Virus record (IMG/VR): IMGVR_UViG_3300031963_000134
Location: 1-63,876 of that record
Reading direction: 5' to 3' (one strand)
Origin: a virus
Taxonomy: Duplodnaviria > Caudoviricetes
Length of the DNA stretch: 63,876 bases
The notes under the pieces were generated by a model. It was not told the origin of the DNA and searched no databases. It saw only the letters and a list, made by a program, of their open reading frames with translations. The position numbers and the translations under genes were made by a program. Below are positions 6,831-16,731 of the stretch, in pieces; the first letter of the stretch is position 1; the number at the start of each line of letters is the position of its first letter.

Positions 6831-7376
6831 ATGGAAATTACGGACGAAGATATCAGAAATTTGATTAAGTCATTTGTCAGTCATAAAAATAAAGAGATCA
6901 TCTCTAAAGTTTTGGCTGAAGCAATCGGTAAAACTGACAATGGTAAAATCATTCTGTTCAAAGCTGTATGTGGTTCATCTATTACTCCAGACTTTACACA
7001 AGATCAAATGGTCTTGTTTAACTACAAGTATGCAAGAAGCTGGAACGTCAATGAAGAACAGTCTTTGTCAAAAAATCTATTTATAAATAGATACGATACT
7101 ATTCTCGCTCGCAGTAGAGTATTAGACGTTGATAGACTTAGTTCTTATCCTATTAAGGTACAGTTCTCCTTTATTAATTCAGACGGTGATCGTATTGATG
7201 ATACCGCATGGTTGAAAGAAAAACATGTTATCCTCGATAGTGATTTTCATAACTCAGTATTTGAGATTGAAAAGAACAGAGAATACATTGAAAGAGCAGG
7301 TATGAAATACTGTTACATCGATGATAAGATATTGGGTAACACAACAGTAGTTGACGAAGAGATGAATCCTTTTTAA
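6831..7376 (+). CDS. hypothetical protein
   Basis: ORF 181 aa ending in acidic ...NPF. Confidence 0.7.
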   Translation: MEITDEDIRNLIKSFVSHKNKEIISKVLAEAIGKTDNGKIILFKAVCGSSITPDFTQDQMVLFNYKYARSWNVNEEQSLSKNLFINRYDTILARSRVLDVDRLSSYPIKVQFSFINSDGDRIDDTAWLKEKHVILDSDFHNSVFEIEKNREYIERAGMKYCYIDDKILGNTTVVDEEMNPF

Positions 7377-7396
7377 AAAACTTGTAGATTTATGAC

Positions 7397-7642
7397 ATGG
7401 TTTATCAATTACCAAACGGTAAAGTAATATTCATTTCAATTGAGGAATTTCTTGAATTGACTGAGTATGATATACAATACCTAATGGCAGTTGATGCTGG
7501 TGAATACATAAATCAACACGGAGATAATCCTGAGCTAAGTAAAAATGAATACTTCTCAGATGATGATAATTGTTTACTATCATACAACGTAGACAACAGC
7601 ATCGAATTTCCCGAATTCTTAAATGAAGACTATATAGAGTAA
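7397..7642 (+). CDS. hypothetical acidic protein
   Basis: ORF 81 aa. Confidence 0.7.
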   Translation: MVYQLPNGKVIFISIEEFLELTEYDIQYLMAVDAGEYINQHGDNPELSKNEYFSDDDNCLLSYNVDNSIEFPEFLNEDYIE

Positions 7643-7712
7643 AACGGAAAGGCTCATCCGTTCTATTCTCATTGATTGGAGCCAAAAAATCTCAATTCAA
7701 ACTTTTTATTTT

Positions 7713-8186
7713 ATGATTAGCAAAGTGAAAGTCACAGGTGACGAGCTTGGTCACGTGGTTATTCAATCCAAAAACAATCCAGAGTGGGGGCACATTCGTG
7801 TTACTCAGCGTCGCATCTTCTTTGAAGACGGCTTCGCTCGTGTAAAAGAAATGAGCGCTTTGATCGCAGGAAGAATGGAGGATCTCTCTTCATTCGGATG
7901 GCGCGTTGGTCAAGAGATCGACGGTAAGATTGTAGTTAAAGAATCTTTGACTCCTTTCAACAAGAAAGACCCCAACAAAGATCTTAAAGTTGCTGGTGTT
8001 ACTGGCATCATCTGTCGTATTGATGATCAACCTGTATACAGAAAGACTGTGTACACCGCTGATACATCTGCAGAAGATGAACACATCCGCGATGAGTTCG
8101 GAAATGTTATTACCCATAATAACGTTGACGAAATCCGCGAAGCTTATCAGACGCTTAACAGCTCTGAAAGCTTAGCTAATTTCTAA
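7713..8186 (+). CDS. conserved beta-rich phage protein (possibly ssDNA-binding)
   Basis: ORF 157 aa followed by a terminator; function is a guess. Confidence 0.6.
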   Translation: MISKVKVTGDELGHVVIQSKNNPEWGHIRVTQRRIFFEDGFARVKEMSALIAGRMEDLSSFGWRVGQEIDGKIVVKESLTPFNKKDPNKDLKVAGVTGIICRIDDQPVYRKTVYTADTSAEDEHIRDEFGNVITHNNVDEIREAYQTLNSSESLANF

Positions 8187-8199
8187 TCTGTTATTTTCC

Positions 8200-8243
8200 A
8201 AAAGAGGGTGTCTATCATATTGGTAGCGCCCTCTTTTATTTTT
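8200..8243 (+). terminator. rho-independent terminator
   Basis: AAAAGAGGGTG/CGCCCTCTTTT stem plus T tract. Confidence 0.7.
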
Positions 8244-8263
8244 CAACTCTAAACAATCACATT

Positions 8264-8725
8264 ATGAAAAACCAAATATCTCTCAATCAAAGGATCGAAG
8301 AGATCCAAATCTATGGTAACAGCTTCAATGGTAAGAGGTATACTGACCCTAACCTTACGGAGCGCCAACAGTTTCTTTATACTAGAGCTATTCACGGTCT
8401 CTCTGTTTATTCAGAGAAAGAACTGTGTGAGATGGCTCCTGATAAAGCACTGAGAATTATTAAAGTGCAGAAGAAAACCAAGGGTATTCTCAACACTTGG
8501 AAACAAGAAATCATTAATGATTATTGTGTAGATTTATTTACGACTCTCTTTCCACCAGAAAGAGGATGTAATCAATTTACTCGAGACATTATCGATTCTC
8601 GCAATGACATCGATCCATCATATGACCCAGAAATTTCATTTAGGAAACTTGGTATTTCCAAAATGCACATGGTCCAGAAACTGATGGACGAAAAAATTCT
8701 TCCTCCTAATTTTCATTTACTATGA
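8264..8725 (+). CDS. hypothetical protein
   Basis: ORF 153 aa. Confidence 0.7.
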   Translation: MKNQISLNQRIEEIQIYGNSFNGKRYTDPNLTERQQFLYTRAIHGLSVYSEKELCEMAPDKALRIIKVQKKTKGILNTWKQEIINDYCVDLFTTLFPPERGCNQFTRDIIDSRNDIDPSYDPEISFRKLGISKMHMVQKLMDEKILPPNFHLL

Positions 8726-9123
8726 AGACAACTACAAGAGTTAAACTCGCCGCTCAAGTAAGAGTTGAACATCTAATCTCAGAGGTTAACATGTTAAGAT
8801 CAGAGATTAAGAAGATTCAAAATGAAATCTTAGAGTCTCAAGGGGAGTTTGTTCCTAAGTGTTTTAACAGTTTGGTTGAAGCGTTAGCGCATGAGGAAGA
8901 TAACTCTGATAAGAAGTTATTGGTATCCGAAGTAAGGGAAGCTAATACCCTTATGATTCAAGCGATTAACGAAAAAATCAAACGTTGTAAAGACGAGATA
9001 GCTAGTTATATTCCGTACCCAAACGTTTGGATTAAGATCTTTTTCCCTAATGAAACATATGGTATATTTAGGGGAGACAAAGGCGTATTTATTCAAGTAT
9101 GGGATTCGGAATTAATGGAATGA
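8722..9123 (+). CDS. hypothetical coiled-coil protein
   Basis: ATGA overlap with upstream gene. Confidence 0.65.
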   Translation: MKTTTRVKLAAQVRVEHLISEVNMLRSEIKKIQNEILESQGEFVPKCFNSLVEALAHEEDNSDKKLLVSEVREANTLMIQAINEKIKRCKDEIASYIPYPNVWIKIFFPNETYGIFRGDKGVFIQVWDSELME

Positions 9124-9515
9124 AGACTTGTTCTTCATGTAACCAGCTAAGGAAGATTTGGAAAAATATTAAAGGGGAAAGATACTGCAAGGTGTGTTGG
9201 AGTAAAATCCAACCACCTGCGGTAATTCCTAAACAAACAACCAAGCGAAAGAAATTAGACAGCAGTTACTCAGAATTAAGAAAAGAGTTTCTTGTATCTA
9301 AACCTATGTGTCAAGCTCACATATCTGGTATATGTCAGAACAATTCAACTGATGTACACCATATGATGGGTAGAGGTAGTAGGTATCTTGATACAACAAC
9401 TTGGCTCTCGGTATGTAGAGCATGTCATAATTGGATTGAATTAAATCCAGAGTCTGCTAAACAATTAGGATTTTCTAAATCACGATTATATGAAACTACT
9501 GAAGGTGAAAACTAG
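9120..9515 (+). CDS. Zn-finger/HNH-type nuclease
   Basis: CxxC pairs, DVHH and VCRACHNWIE His-Me finger motifs. Confidence 0.75.
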   Translation: MKTCSSCNQLRKIWKNIKGERYCKVCWSKIQPPAVIPKQTTKRKKLDSSYSELRKEFLVSKPMCQAHISGICQNNSTDVHHMMGRGSRYLDTTTWLSVCRACHNWIELNPESAKQLGFSKSRLYETTEGEN

Positions 9516-9873
9516 CCATGGAGTTTTGTTGGTAGAAAAAGTCTCCGACAATACGGCTATCATTAAGAGTATCCCACAGTCTCCAATGTATGGATATGAT
9601 GATTTGATTCTTGTATCACGGGACAAAGATCCTATGGTAATCAAGAAAGAGAACTATACTTGGGAACTTACATATCCTCTACTACTCGGTCAAAAGAAAG
9701 AGAATAGAGATCATATAACGATCCAAGAGTATCTAGAATCTAAGGGATATAAAAGTACATGTCCAATAAAGGGATTGTTGTACTTCGCTGTCCCATCTGG
9801 TGTTAGACCGGATAGCGTGTATGATGATTTTGAGGATAAACCAGTTAAGTTTAGTTGTAAACCTGTTATATGA
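9490..9873 (+). CDS. hypothetical protein
   Basis: ORF 127 aa. Confidence 0.65.
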   Translation: MKLLKVKTSHGVLLVEKVSDNTAIIKSIPQSPMYGYDDLILVSRDKDPMVIKKENYTWELTYPLLLGQKKENRDHITIQEYLESKGYKSTCPIKGLLYFAVPSGVRPDSVYDDFEDKPVKFSCKPVI

Positions 9874-10427
9874 AGACAATACAAGAAATGTATAAGAAGG
9901 AACTCGAGGGTTTTATTAATGACTGTATTGATATAGTCACTAAAACTTATGAAGAGTTCGGCGAATTTCCCCTTACTGCAATGGGTATGATTTGCGAAGG
10001 AGGAGAATATAAAACGTTTGTTCTCAATGGTATAGATAGATTAAATGAACAAAGCGATGATGACAATGATATTGTCATTGATGCTATTAAATCATTTAAT
10101 CAGGAAATAAAACCAGTTGTATTTGTTATTGCTTCTGAAGCAGAGATGTATCTTCCAAAGAAGGAAATAAAAACCGTAGAAGATTTAGAAGGAGAAGACA
10201 AGACTCGTGTACTTAGTCTAAAGTTTGAGACCTATGATCAGGAAATGATGTTGGTCTACAAAGTTGAAGACAATAAAGTAAAAGAGCCTATTGACCTTTC
10301 TTTCAATAAGGTATGGAGAAACAAGGATGAATCGAAAGCCGGAGGTAGATTTAATAATCTACTCAATGAAAACTATTCAGAGTTGGCTTCTCTACTAAAA
10401 GAACAATTGGATCACGATCTTAATTAA
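9870..10427 (+). CDS. hypothetical protein
   Basis: ORF 185 aa. Confidence 0.7.
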   Translation: MKTIQEMYKKELEGFINDCIDIVTKTYEEFGEFPLTAMGMICEGGEYKTFVLNGIDRLNEQSDDDNDIVIDAIKSFNQEIKPVVFVIASEAEMYLPKKEIKTVEDLEGEDKTRVLSLKFETYDQEMMLVYKVEDNKVKEPIDLSFNKVWRNKDESKAGGRFNNLLNENYSELASLLKEQLDHDLN

Positions 10428-10608
10428 GGACCGTCCCAATTAATCCTAGTGCCTTACTGACATCAAACTGAACAAACTCAATTGTAACGTGCTGTTTATC
10501 GTTTGTAATTAAATAGACATAGGGTACATAATGCATGTACAAACTCAACTGTTCTCTATGGTACAAATTGGGATCAAAGAGTTTTAATATGTCTCTACCC
10601 TCACTCAT
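10420..10608 (-). CDS. small antisense hypothetical protein (62 aa)
   Basis: Fills the gap between + genes; ATG 10608. Confidence 0.45.
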   Translation of the reverse strand: MSEGRDILKLFDPNLYHREQLSLYMHYVPYVYLITNDKQHVTIEFVQFDVSKALGLIGTVLN

Positions 10609-10617
10609 CAAATTATT

Positions 10618-11001
10618 ATGAAACAAAGAGATGTAAGTATAGGCATGGTGCACTATAGATGTCGTGTCTGTGCAGAAGTAGTTGAAACAAAAATAATGTA
10701 CAATCCAGAACCATCAGTAGAAGAAGCCCAACACATTGATAATCTGGATGGTTCTAATATATGGAACGATGAATTATGTGCAGAATGTTTGGGACAAAAA
10801 GATGTGGGTGTAATGTTTGTTGTGTATGATGAAGACCTTACTGATTCAATGGACGATCCATTTAGACTTGGTTTGGTTTTCACTGTACCAATCGACGATG
10901 CTCTAAAATTCATCGATGAAATACCTGAAAGTGGGTACATATTTATTAGCGAAAAGGAAGCTAAGAAGTTTGGATTCCCATTAGGTGATGAAGAAGAATA
11001 A
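10618..11001 (+). CDS. hypothetical Zn-binding protein
   Basis: CRVC...CAEC. Confidence 0.7.
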   Translation: MKQRDVSIGMVHYRCRVCAEVVETKIMYNPEPSVEEAQHIDNLDGSNIWNDELCAECLGQKDVGVMFVVYDEDLTDSMDDPFRLGLVFTVPIDDALKFIDEIPESGYIFISEKEAKKFGFPLGDEEE

Positions 11002-11012
11002 ATGACACAACA

Positions 11013-12104
11013 ATGGAAAAGCGTAAACAAATCCAGGATGAAGCTTTAGAAGCTGTTCGTCCTCACCTACGCGCAGGTGTAGGTATGAGCATGGGTAGTG
11101 GTAAAACTTTGGTGGGTTTGAAGCATATGCTTGAGAATTTAAAACCCAACTCAAAGTTTCTAGTCGTAGCTCCAAAGACTGCAGTATTCAAGACTTGGAA
11201 AGACGAAGCAGATAAGTTTGGAATGAGTCATCTTATGAAGCATGTCACATTTACAACTTATCGCTCGCTCGTAAAACAAAGTCTTGACTATTCTGTAGTC
11301 TATCTTGATGAATGTCACTCTCTATTATTCTCTCATGATTATTTTCTAGCTAGATTTATTGGTAAGATCCTAGGTCTTACAGGCACTCCTCCTAAGAATG
11401 CATCTTCTGAAAAAGGTAAAATGGTAGACAAGTATTGTCCTATTGTATTTACCTATGAAACAGATGAAGCTGTAGAGGATAAGATTCTTAATGACTATAG
11501 AATCCTAGTGCACTGTATTGATCTAGACGTTAGACGCAATCTTATGGTTGGTAACAATAAGAAGTTTGTGTCTTCCGAAAAAGCATCTTACGAGTATTGG
11601 ACTAGAAGAATCGATGAGGCTTCAAGAGAGAATGATCTCCGCATGTCACGAATCATGCGAATGAAAACAATGATGACCTATCCTAGTAAAGCAAACTATG
11701 CTAAGAAGTTACTGGAAAAGATTAATGACAAGGTTATCTTGTTTGCTAACACCACTGAGCAAGCAGACTCATTTAACATCCCTACTTATCACAGTTCTAA
11801 TTCTAAATCGGAGGAGAATTTTGAGAAGTTTCAAACGGGAGAAGTAATGCAGTTAGCTACCGTCCTACAATTGAATGAGGGTATTAACGTTCGTAATCTT
11901 AAGCAAGGTATCATCATGCATGCTTATGGTAATGAACGTAAAGCATCTCAAAGGATTGGTCGTTTGTTGAGACTTAACCCAGACGACCAATCTAAAATCC
12001 ATATCCTCTGCTATAGAAATACTATAGACGAAGTATGGGTAAAAGAAGCGCTACAAGATTTTGATCAAACGAAAATTTCGTGGTATCATATTCCCAATTT
12101 TTAA
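11013..12104 (+). CDS. superfamily 2 DExH helicase (UvsW/XPB-like)
   Basis: GSGKT, LDECH, LGLTGTP, QRIGRLLR motifs. Confidence 0.92.
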   Translation: MEKRKQIQDEALEAVRPHLRAGVGMSMGSGKTLVGLKHMLENLKPNSKFLVVAPKTAVFKTWKDEADKFGMSHLMKHVTFTTYRSLVKQSLDYSVVYLDECHSLLFSHDYFLARFIGKILGLTGTPPKNASSEKGKMVDKYCPIVFTYETDEAVEDKILNDYRILVHCIDLDVRRNLMVGNNKKFVSSEKASYEYWTRRIDEASRENDLRMSRIMRMKTMMTYPSKANYAKKLLEKINDKVILFANTTEQADSFNIPTYHSSNSKSEENFEKFQTGEVMQLATVLQLNEGINVRNLKQGIIMHAYGNERKASQRIGRLLRLNPDDQSKIHILCYRNTIDEVWVKEALQDFDQTKISWYHIPNF

Positions 12105-12158
12105 TAAATTGTGGCGTGTTAAGTAGAGTCTTAGATTTTGTATTTCTTAAGTATTAAG

Positions 12159-12197
12159 ACAGGAACCCAAGCACCCCCCGCTTGGGTGACCTGTTTT
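12159..12197 (+). terminator. putative terminator hairpin
   Basis: ACCCAAGC/GCTTGGGT plus ACAGG/CCTGT, then TTT. Confidence 0.55.
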
Positions 12198-12223
12198 AAT
12201 ATGAAACTTAAAACGTTATTACT

Positions 12224-12517
12224 ATGGCTGTAACAGCATTGAAAATTGGAGAAACAAGATTATTGTTCATGACCGTACAAAAAACGGACGGAGGTGTGGA
12301 CGTAGACATTTACATGGCTAATGAAGACTTTTATCCCGAAGGAAAATCTTCTGTTGGTTATGCTCAACAGGATGAAGAAGAATACCATAAAGAGCTAAGG
12401 TTTAAGTCACATGAAAGGGGACACTTCATTTCAGAATTCTCAACCAACCCGGAATGGAATCCTGATTGGACTCCCGCAGTAATCGAAGAAGATGGAGAAC
12501 AAAGTCAAGTTCAATGA
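12224..12517 (+). CDS. hypothetical protein
   Basis: ORF 97 aa. Confidence 0.65.
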   Translation: MAVTALKIGETRLLFMTVQKTDGGVDVDIYMANEDFYPEGKSSVGYAQQDEEEYHKELRFKSHERGHFISEFSTNPEWNPDWTPAVIEEDGEQSQVQ

Positions 12518-13355
12518 AAGAAAGTCTACAACAATAAGAGAATCAGGAAGAAGTAGCGATTATATATCCCCTAGTTTTGGTCATGGGTGTCTATTAAATT
12601 GTACATATTGTTACATGAAGCGTCATAAACCAACTGGTTTAGACGTAGCTACTAATCCCGAAAGGATCCTTACTGCTATAAACAACCACGCAATGTTTAC
12701 AGTGGTAGACAAACCAAACCAAACTGATCCAGAATTTATCACCTATGACATAGCATGTAACGAAGACTTTGCTCTACATGCTAAGTACCACGATTGGAAA
12801 AGAATATTTCAATTCTTTAAGGAGCATCCTAGAGCTAAAGCTACGCTCGCTACTAAGATTATTCCTGATGTGTTTCTAGAGTTTAATCCTGAAAGAAAGG
12901 TAAGGATAAGGTTTAGTTTAATGCCGCAAGAGTATGCGGACTTACTCGAACCAAACACTCCTCCTATTATTGACAGGATCAAATCCATTGACAAGTTTAT
13001 TGATGCAGGATATGATGTGCACATAAACTTTAGTCCTGTTATAGTTGAACTTGGTTGGTTAGACAAGTATAAATTATTGTTTGAAGAGGTAGATAAGAAT
13101 GTAAAAAATAAGGATATTGTAAAGGCAGAGGTAATATTCCTAACTCACAATCGTGAGAAGCATTTATACAATATCAGAAACAATCTTCCCGGTGAGAATC
13201 TGTTATGGAAACCACTAATACAAGAAGATAAGATTTCTGAATATGGAGGTGAGAACCTAAGGTATAAGGCGGATATCAAAAAAGATTGTGTGAAAGATTT
13301 TATAAAACTTCATGCTTCTATAATACCATGGAACACAATAAGATACATCTTCTAA
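12492..13355 (+). CDS. splB: spore photoproduct lyase-family radical SAM enzyme
   Basis: GCLLNCTYCY (CxxxCxxC), IRFSLMP, HINFSPVI, SEYGGENLRY, C-terminal IRYIF. Confidence 0.85.
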   Translation: MENKVKFNERKSTTIRESGRSSDYISPSFGHGCLLNCTYCYMKRHKPTGLDVATNPERILTAINNHAMFTVVDKPNQTDPEFITYDIACNEDFALHAKYHDWKRIFQFFKEHPRAKATLATKIIPDVFLEFNPERKVRIRFSLMPQEYADLLEPNTPPIIDRIKSIDKFIDAGYDVHINFSPVIVELGWLDKYKLLFEEVDKNVKNKDIVKAEVIFLTHNREKHLYNIRNNLPGENLLWKPLIQEDKISEYGGENLRYKADIKKDCVKDFIKLHASIIPWNTIRYIF

Positions 13356-13367
13356 ACAATAATCGTC

Positions 13368-13496
13368 ATGCCAATAAGATCAAATACACCAGGTCAAAGC
13401 AGACCCTTCCCGCAGTCAAGAAGATCAAACCCATTCCAAAGTACTGGAAGGAAGAAGTCGTGTGGGTGCGGAAAGGTAAAATCTCGAAAGCCGTAA
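13368..13496 (+). CDS. small basic peptide (42 aa)
   Basis: Read manually: MPIRSNTPGQSRPFPQSRRSNPFQSTGRKKSCGCGKVKSRKP. Confidence 0.4.
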   Translation: MPIRSNTPGQSRPFPQSRRSNPFQSTGRKKSCGCGKVKSRKP

Positions 13497-13553
13497 AGGT
13501 TTTTAATCTTGACAAGTATAGTGATTGGGAAATAACATCTAAACAAGAAGTAT

Positions 13554-13976
13554 ATGGCTCCAGATTTTGATGAAGATTTTGGTAATTATGCGCGGAGTAT
13601 GGCATATGAGAAAGACGGTACACGATATGATGAGGAAGTAGAAATCCTTTATCTGTACAATCTCTTAAGTGATGCACATCCTAAGCATGTATCTAAAGGA
13701 AGAGAGTACCTCGTATTGAGTAAAGAGCTCCTAAAGTTATTGGGCTGTCTTTATAATATTACGAACAGTAGTCTCGTATCTCAAACCAACTCAAAAATCT
13801 TGGTGAGCGAAGCAGATTTACCTTTAGTGTTAGATAAAGCTAGACAATTCATGGGAAGACCTGATTGGGAATTTACCATTGAGAAAACAATTGAATGGCA
13901 GGATAACATCGATATCTCTGATAAGCTCAACAAGTATGAGTACACTGTAACCAAACATGAAGATCTACCTTGGTAA
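13554..13976 (+). CDS. hypothetical protein
   Basis: ORF 140 aa ending DLPW. Confidence 0.65.
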   Translation: MAPDFDEDFGNYARSMAYEKDGTRYDEEVEILYLYNLLSDAHPKHVSKGREYLVLSKELLKLLGCLYNITNSSLVSQTNSKILVSEADLPLVLDKARQFMGRPDWEFTIEKTIEWQDNIDISDKLNKYEYTVTKHEDLPW

Positions 13977-14374
13977 TGAAGCACAACATTTATCACGGTA
14001 GATTCAAGAGCAAAGACGGAAAGTTTATACCAGCAGACAAAGCAGAAGAAATAAAGTTTAATTCTTTTAGGAAAGAACTAGAAGAAGATCAGATTGTAGA
14101 AGTGTTTATGGAATCGGAAGTTGATAACGGTACGGTTCCACAACTAGCTAAGATACATGCATGTATCAGAGAGCTAGCTAAAGAAACCGGCTACACATTT
14201 GAGGACATGAAACTTGAAATCAAAAGACAAGCTGGTCTATGTATAAAGAAGGAAATGTCAGGTGAAGTATTCCTAGTATGCAAATCATTCTCACGATGCT
14301 CAAAGGATGAGCTCGCGCTAGTGATTGAAGCAATTGTACAAATAGGAGATTCCCTTAATATCAACTTTCGCTGA
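13970..14374 (+). CDS. NinB/Orf-like recombination protein (tentative)
   Basis: QLAKIH..IRELA..TG...KSFS..SKDEL pattern. Confidence 0.5.
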   Translation: MVMKHNIYHGRFKSKDGKFIPADKAEEIKFNSFRKELEEDQIVEVFMESEVDNGTVPQLAKIHACIRELAKETGYTFEDMKLEIKRQAGLCIKKEMSGEVFLVCKSFSRCSKDELALVIEAIVQIGDSLNINFR

Positions 14375-14699
14375 CATCGAAGTTCATTCTCTTAAGAACT
14401 TCTTCCGCCGTCATCTCTTCCTTAACAGTTTTATTCTGCTTAATAGCGGCTTGTTCACACTCGCTAACTAAAGAAATAACAGTGAACAACATAAGCTCGT
14501 CTAAATCAGATGGTGGTTGTGTGGCATCTTTAAACTTTTCCATAGCTGTTTTAACCGCCTCATTCCCCATCTGATTGGACAGCTTAAACAGAATGTTCTG
14601 GAGTACCATAACAAAGTATCCTGAGACTTCAATGTTAATGATTGCGTCAGGTTTAAAGACGTCGATCTCAACTTTCTTGGGTGTCGTTTCTTCACTCAT
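14361..14699 (-). CDS. hypothetical protein
   Basis: Antisense ORF 112 aa filling a gap between + genes. Confidence 0.7.
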   Translation of the reverse strand: MSEETTPKKVEIDVFKPDAIINIEVSGYFVMVLQNILFKLSNQMGNEAVKTAMEKFKDATQPPSDLDELMLFTVISLVSECEQAAIKQNKTVKEEMTAEEVLKRMNFDVSES

Positions 14700-14741
14700 A
14701 GAATTCTAATATAAATTATTTAGACTGTAAACTTAAATAAT

Positions 14742-15464
14742 ATGAGCGAACAAGTCATCGACTTAGAAAAAATAAGAGAGAGCTTATATGAAAAGCTTAA
14801 ACCCTCGGGTTGGGCAGATAAGCTCAAGACCTTTGTAATGGGTAGTGAGTTTATCGATATTCTAGAAAAGCTAGAACATGAAGTCAAGATAGGTAATAGG
14901 TTTACCCCAAAGCTCAAGTATCTGTTTAGAGCATTTGAAGAGTGTCCATATCAAAATCTTAAGGTAGTTATCTTAGGTCAAGATCCATATCCCCAAGAAG
15001 GTGTAGCGGATGGTGTAGCATTCTCGTGTAGTATAACACAACAGACCCAACCTTCTCTACGGTATATCTATAAAGATATTCGAGAGACGGTAAAAGGTTA
15101 TGATACGCATCTATGGTTTGACCATGATCTAAAACATTGGTCTAACCAAGGCGTACTATTACTTAATAGCGCGCTCACTACAAGGATAAATAAACCAGGG
15201 ACTCAAACAGATATTTGGGAACCATTCACAACGTTTGTACTTGATACTCTTGCTAAGACTAATCCAGGATTGACATATGCATTCCTAGGTACAGCAGCTA
15301 AGAAGTATCACAGTCTTATACCTGATAAAGCGAATGTAAAGCTATACGCTCAACATCCTGCAGCAGCTGCATACAATAAGGAACAGCTGTGGGACTCAGG
15401 TAAGTTATTCGTAAAGATCAATGAGGAGATGATTGGTAAGTACGGCGAACCAATCAAATGGTGA
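14742..15464 (+). CDS. ung: uracil-DNA glycosylase, family 1
   Basis: VVILGQDPY, GVAFS, PSL, QGVLLLN, HP motifs. Confidence 0.93.
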   Translation: MSEQVIDLEKIRESLYEKLKPSGWADKLKTFVMGSEFIDILEKLEHEVKIGNRFTPKLKYLFRAFEECPYQNLKVVILGQDPYPQEGVADGVAFSCSITQQTQPSLRYIYKDIRETVKGYDTHLWFDHDLKHWSNQGVLLLNSALTTRINKPGTQTDIWEPFTTFVLDTLAKTNPGLTYAFLGTAAKKYHSLIPDKANVKLYAQHPAAAAYNKEQLWDSGKLFVKINEEMIGKYGEPIKW

Positions 15465-15861
15465 TTATGAGGAGAAGCGTGGTGGATATACCTGACAATG
15501 TTATTGTGCAAACAGTGAGAATCTTTTTAATGACTCTCTCTTTTCGCAGTGACTTGTTCAGGTTATCTATCTCGCGGTCTCGAACTTTGATACGTTCTTG
15601 ATTAAATTGTACAGTCTTATTACAGAAGTCTAGCTGTCTATCCTTCTCACGAATAATAGCTGATTGGGTTTCAATCCTTTTCCTACTATTAGACAATAGA
15701 CTATCACACAACTCAAGATTAGTCGCAGTTTTAGCAATCTTCCTAAGCTCGGTTACATTATAGCAGCGTATCGTATCCGTATTGGATATCCCACTTTGAG
15801 CGTATGATGCTGTCAAGCTGAGCAGGAGAAGCTTCAAGGTAAATGAAATGTATTTTATCAC
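15454..15861 (-). CDS. putative spanin-like lysis protein
   Basis: Signal peptide, coiled coil, C-terminal TM helix; overlaps partner gene. Confidence 0.5.
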   Translation of the reverse strand: MIKYISFTLKLLLLSLTASYAQSGISNTDTIRCYNVTELRKIAKTATNLELCDSLLSNSRKRIETQSAIIREKDRQLDFCNKTVQFNQERIKVRDREIDNLNKSLRKERVIKKILTVCTITLSGISTTLLLIITI

Positions 15862-16096
15862 GGTATCTATAGATTATTTCACTTTCTAAGTTAAGCAAAC
15901 TATCATTTGCTTTCTCCAGACACTCGACTATCTTCTCGCTCTGCTCAATTTTGTATTTCAAAACGAGCAAAGAATCTTGGAACGCATTATCTTCAACCTC
16001 TGTTTGTGGTTCAGGAGTCGTAATAATCAGATATCCTACAACCAACATAACAATCACACAGAGTGCTGTCAAATATATCTTAAGGGTTTTATCCAT
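15758..16096 (-). CDS. putative inner-membrane spanin-like protein
   Basis: N-terminal TM helix plus coiled coil. Confidence 0.5.
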   Translation of the reverse strand: MDKTLKIYLTALCVIVMLVVGYLIITTPEPQTEVEDNAFQDSLLVLKYKIEQSEKIVECLEKANDSLLNLESEIIYRYRDKIHFIYLEASPAQLDSIIRSKWDIQYGYDTLL

Positions 16097-16110
16097 TATA
16101 AATCAGTTAT

Positions 16111-16731
16111 ATGAGTAAGAAAACCAACGATCTTCAAATCTGGTTTAACTTTGTAAATCAATCAGATATAAGTCCAAATGATTTCTATTGTTTATACTGC
16201 CTTCGAGAGAAAGTTTCTCCTAGTAACATAAACATTAGCTCATCTATTGTGGCTCTTCTCAATGAAGATCTGATTGCTTACAATAGAACCAATACAATTC
16301 AAATTACCAATAAAGGTAAAGAGCTTTTAGATAAAGCTGAATCCTTTTTCTCTGTTAAAATAAAAAATACAGAGGAAGGTCTTATGGGGTATGACTATGA
16401 GGATAATGTAACGAGATACAGTCATATCTTTCCAGCTATCAAACTCCCAAGTGGTAAACCTGGTAGGTCTAATAAGAAAGCTGTAACTGAGTGTTTCAAG
16501 TGGTTCTTTGAGAACTACAACTACGAATGGGATGTGATCTTGAAAGCGACAAACATGTATGTAGATCACTTCCAATCGAAGCGTTATTTGTACATGCAGA
16601 CTTCCCAATACTTCATTAGAAAACAAAACCAAGACAAGACTTGGAGAAGCGATCTCGCCGATTGGTGTGAGATGGTAATTAATGGGGAAGACATTGATAA
16701 TCAGGACTTTTTCAAAGAGAAAGTAGTCTAA
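16111..16731 (+). CDS. wHTH protein, putative replication initiator/helicase loader
   Basis: ITNKGKELL wHTH-like N-terminus; immediately upstream of DnaB-like gene. Confidence 0.5.
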   Translation: MSKKTNDLQIWFNFVNQSDISPNDFYCLYCLREKVSPSNINISSSIVALLNEDLIAYNRTNTIQITNKGKELLDKAESFFSVKIKNTEEGLMGYDYEDNVTRYSHIFPAIKLPSGKPGRSNKKAVTECFKWFFENYNYEWDVILKATNMYVDHFQSKRYLYMQTSQYFIRKQNQDKTWRSDLADWCEMVINGEDIDNQDFFKEKVV

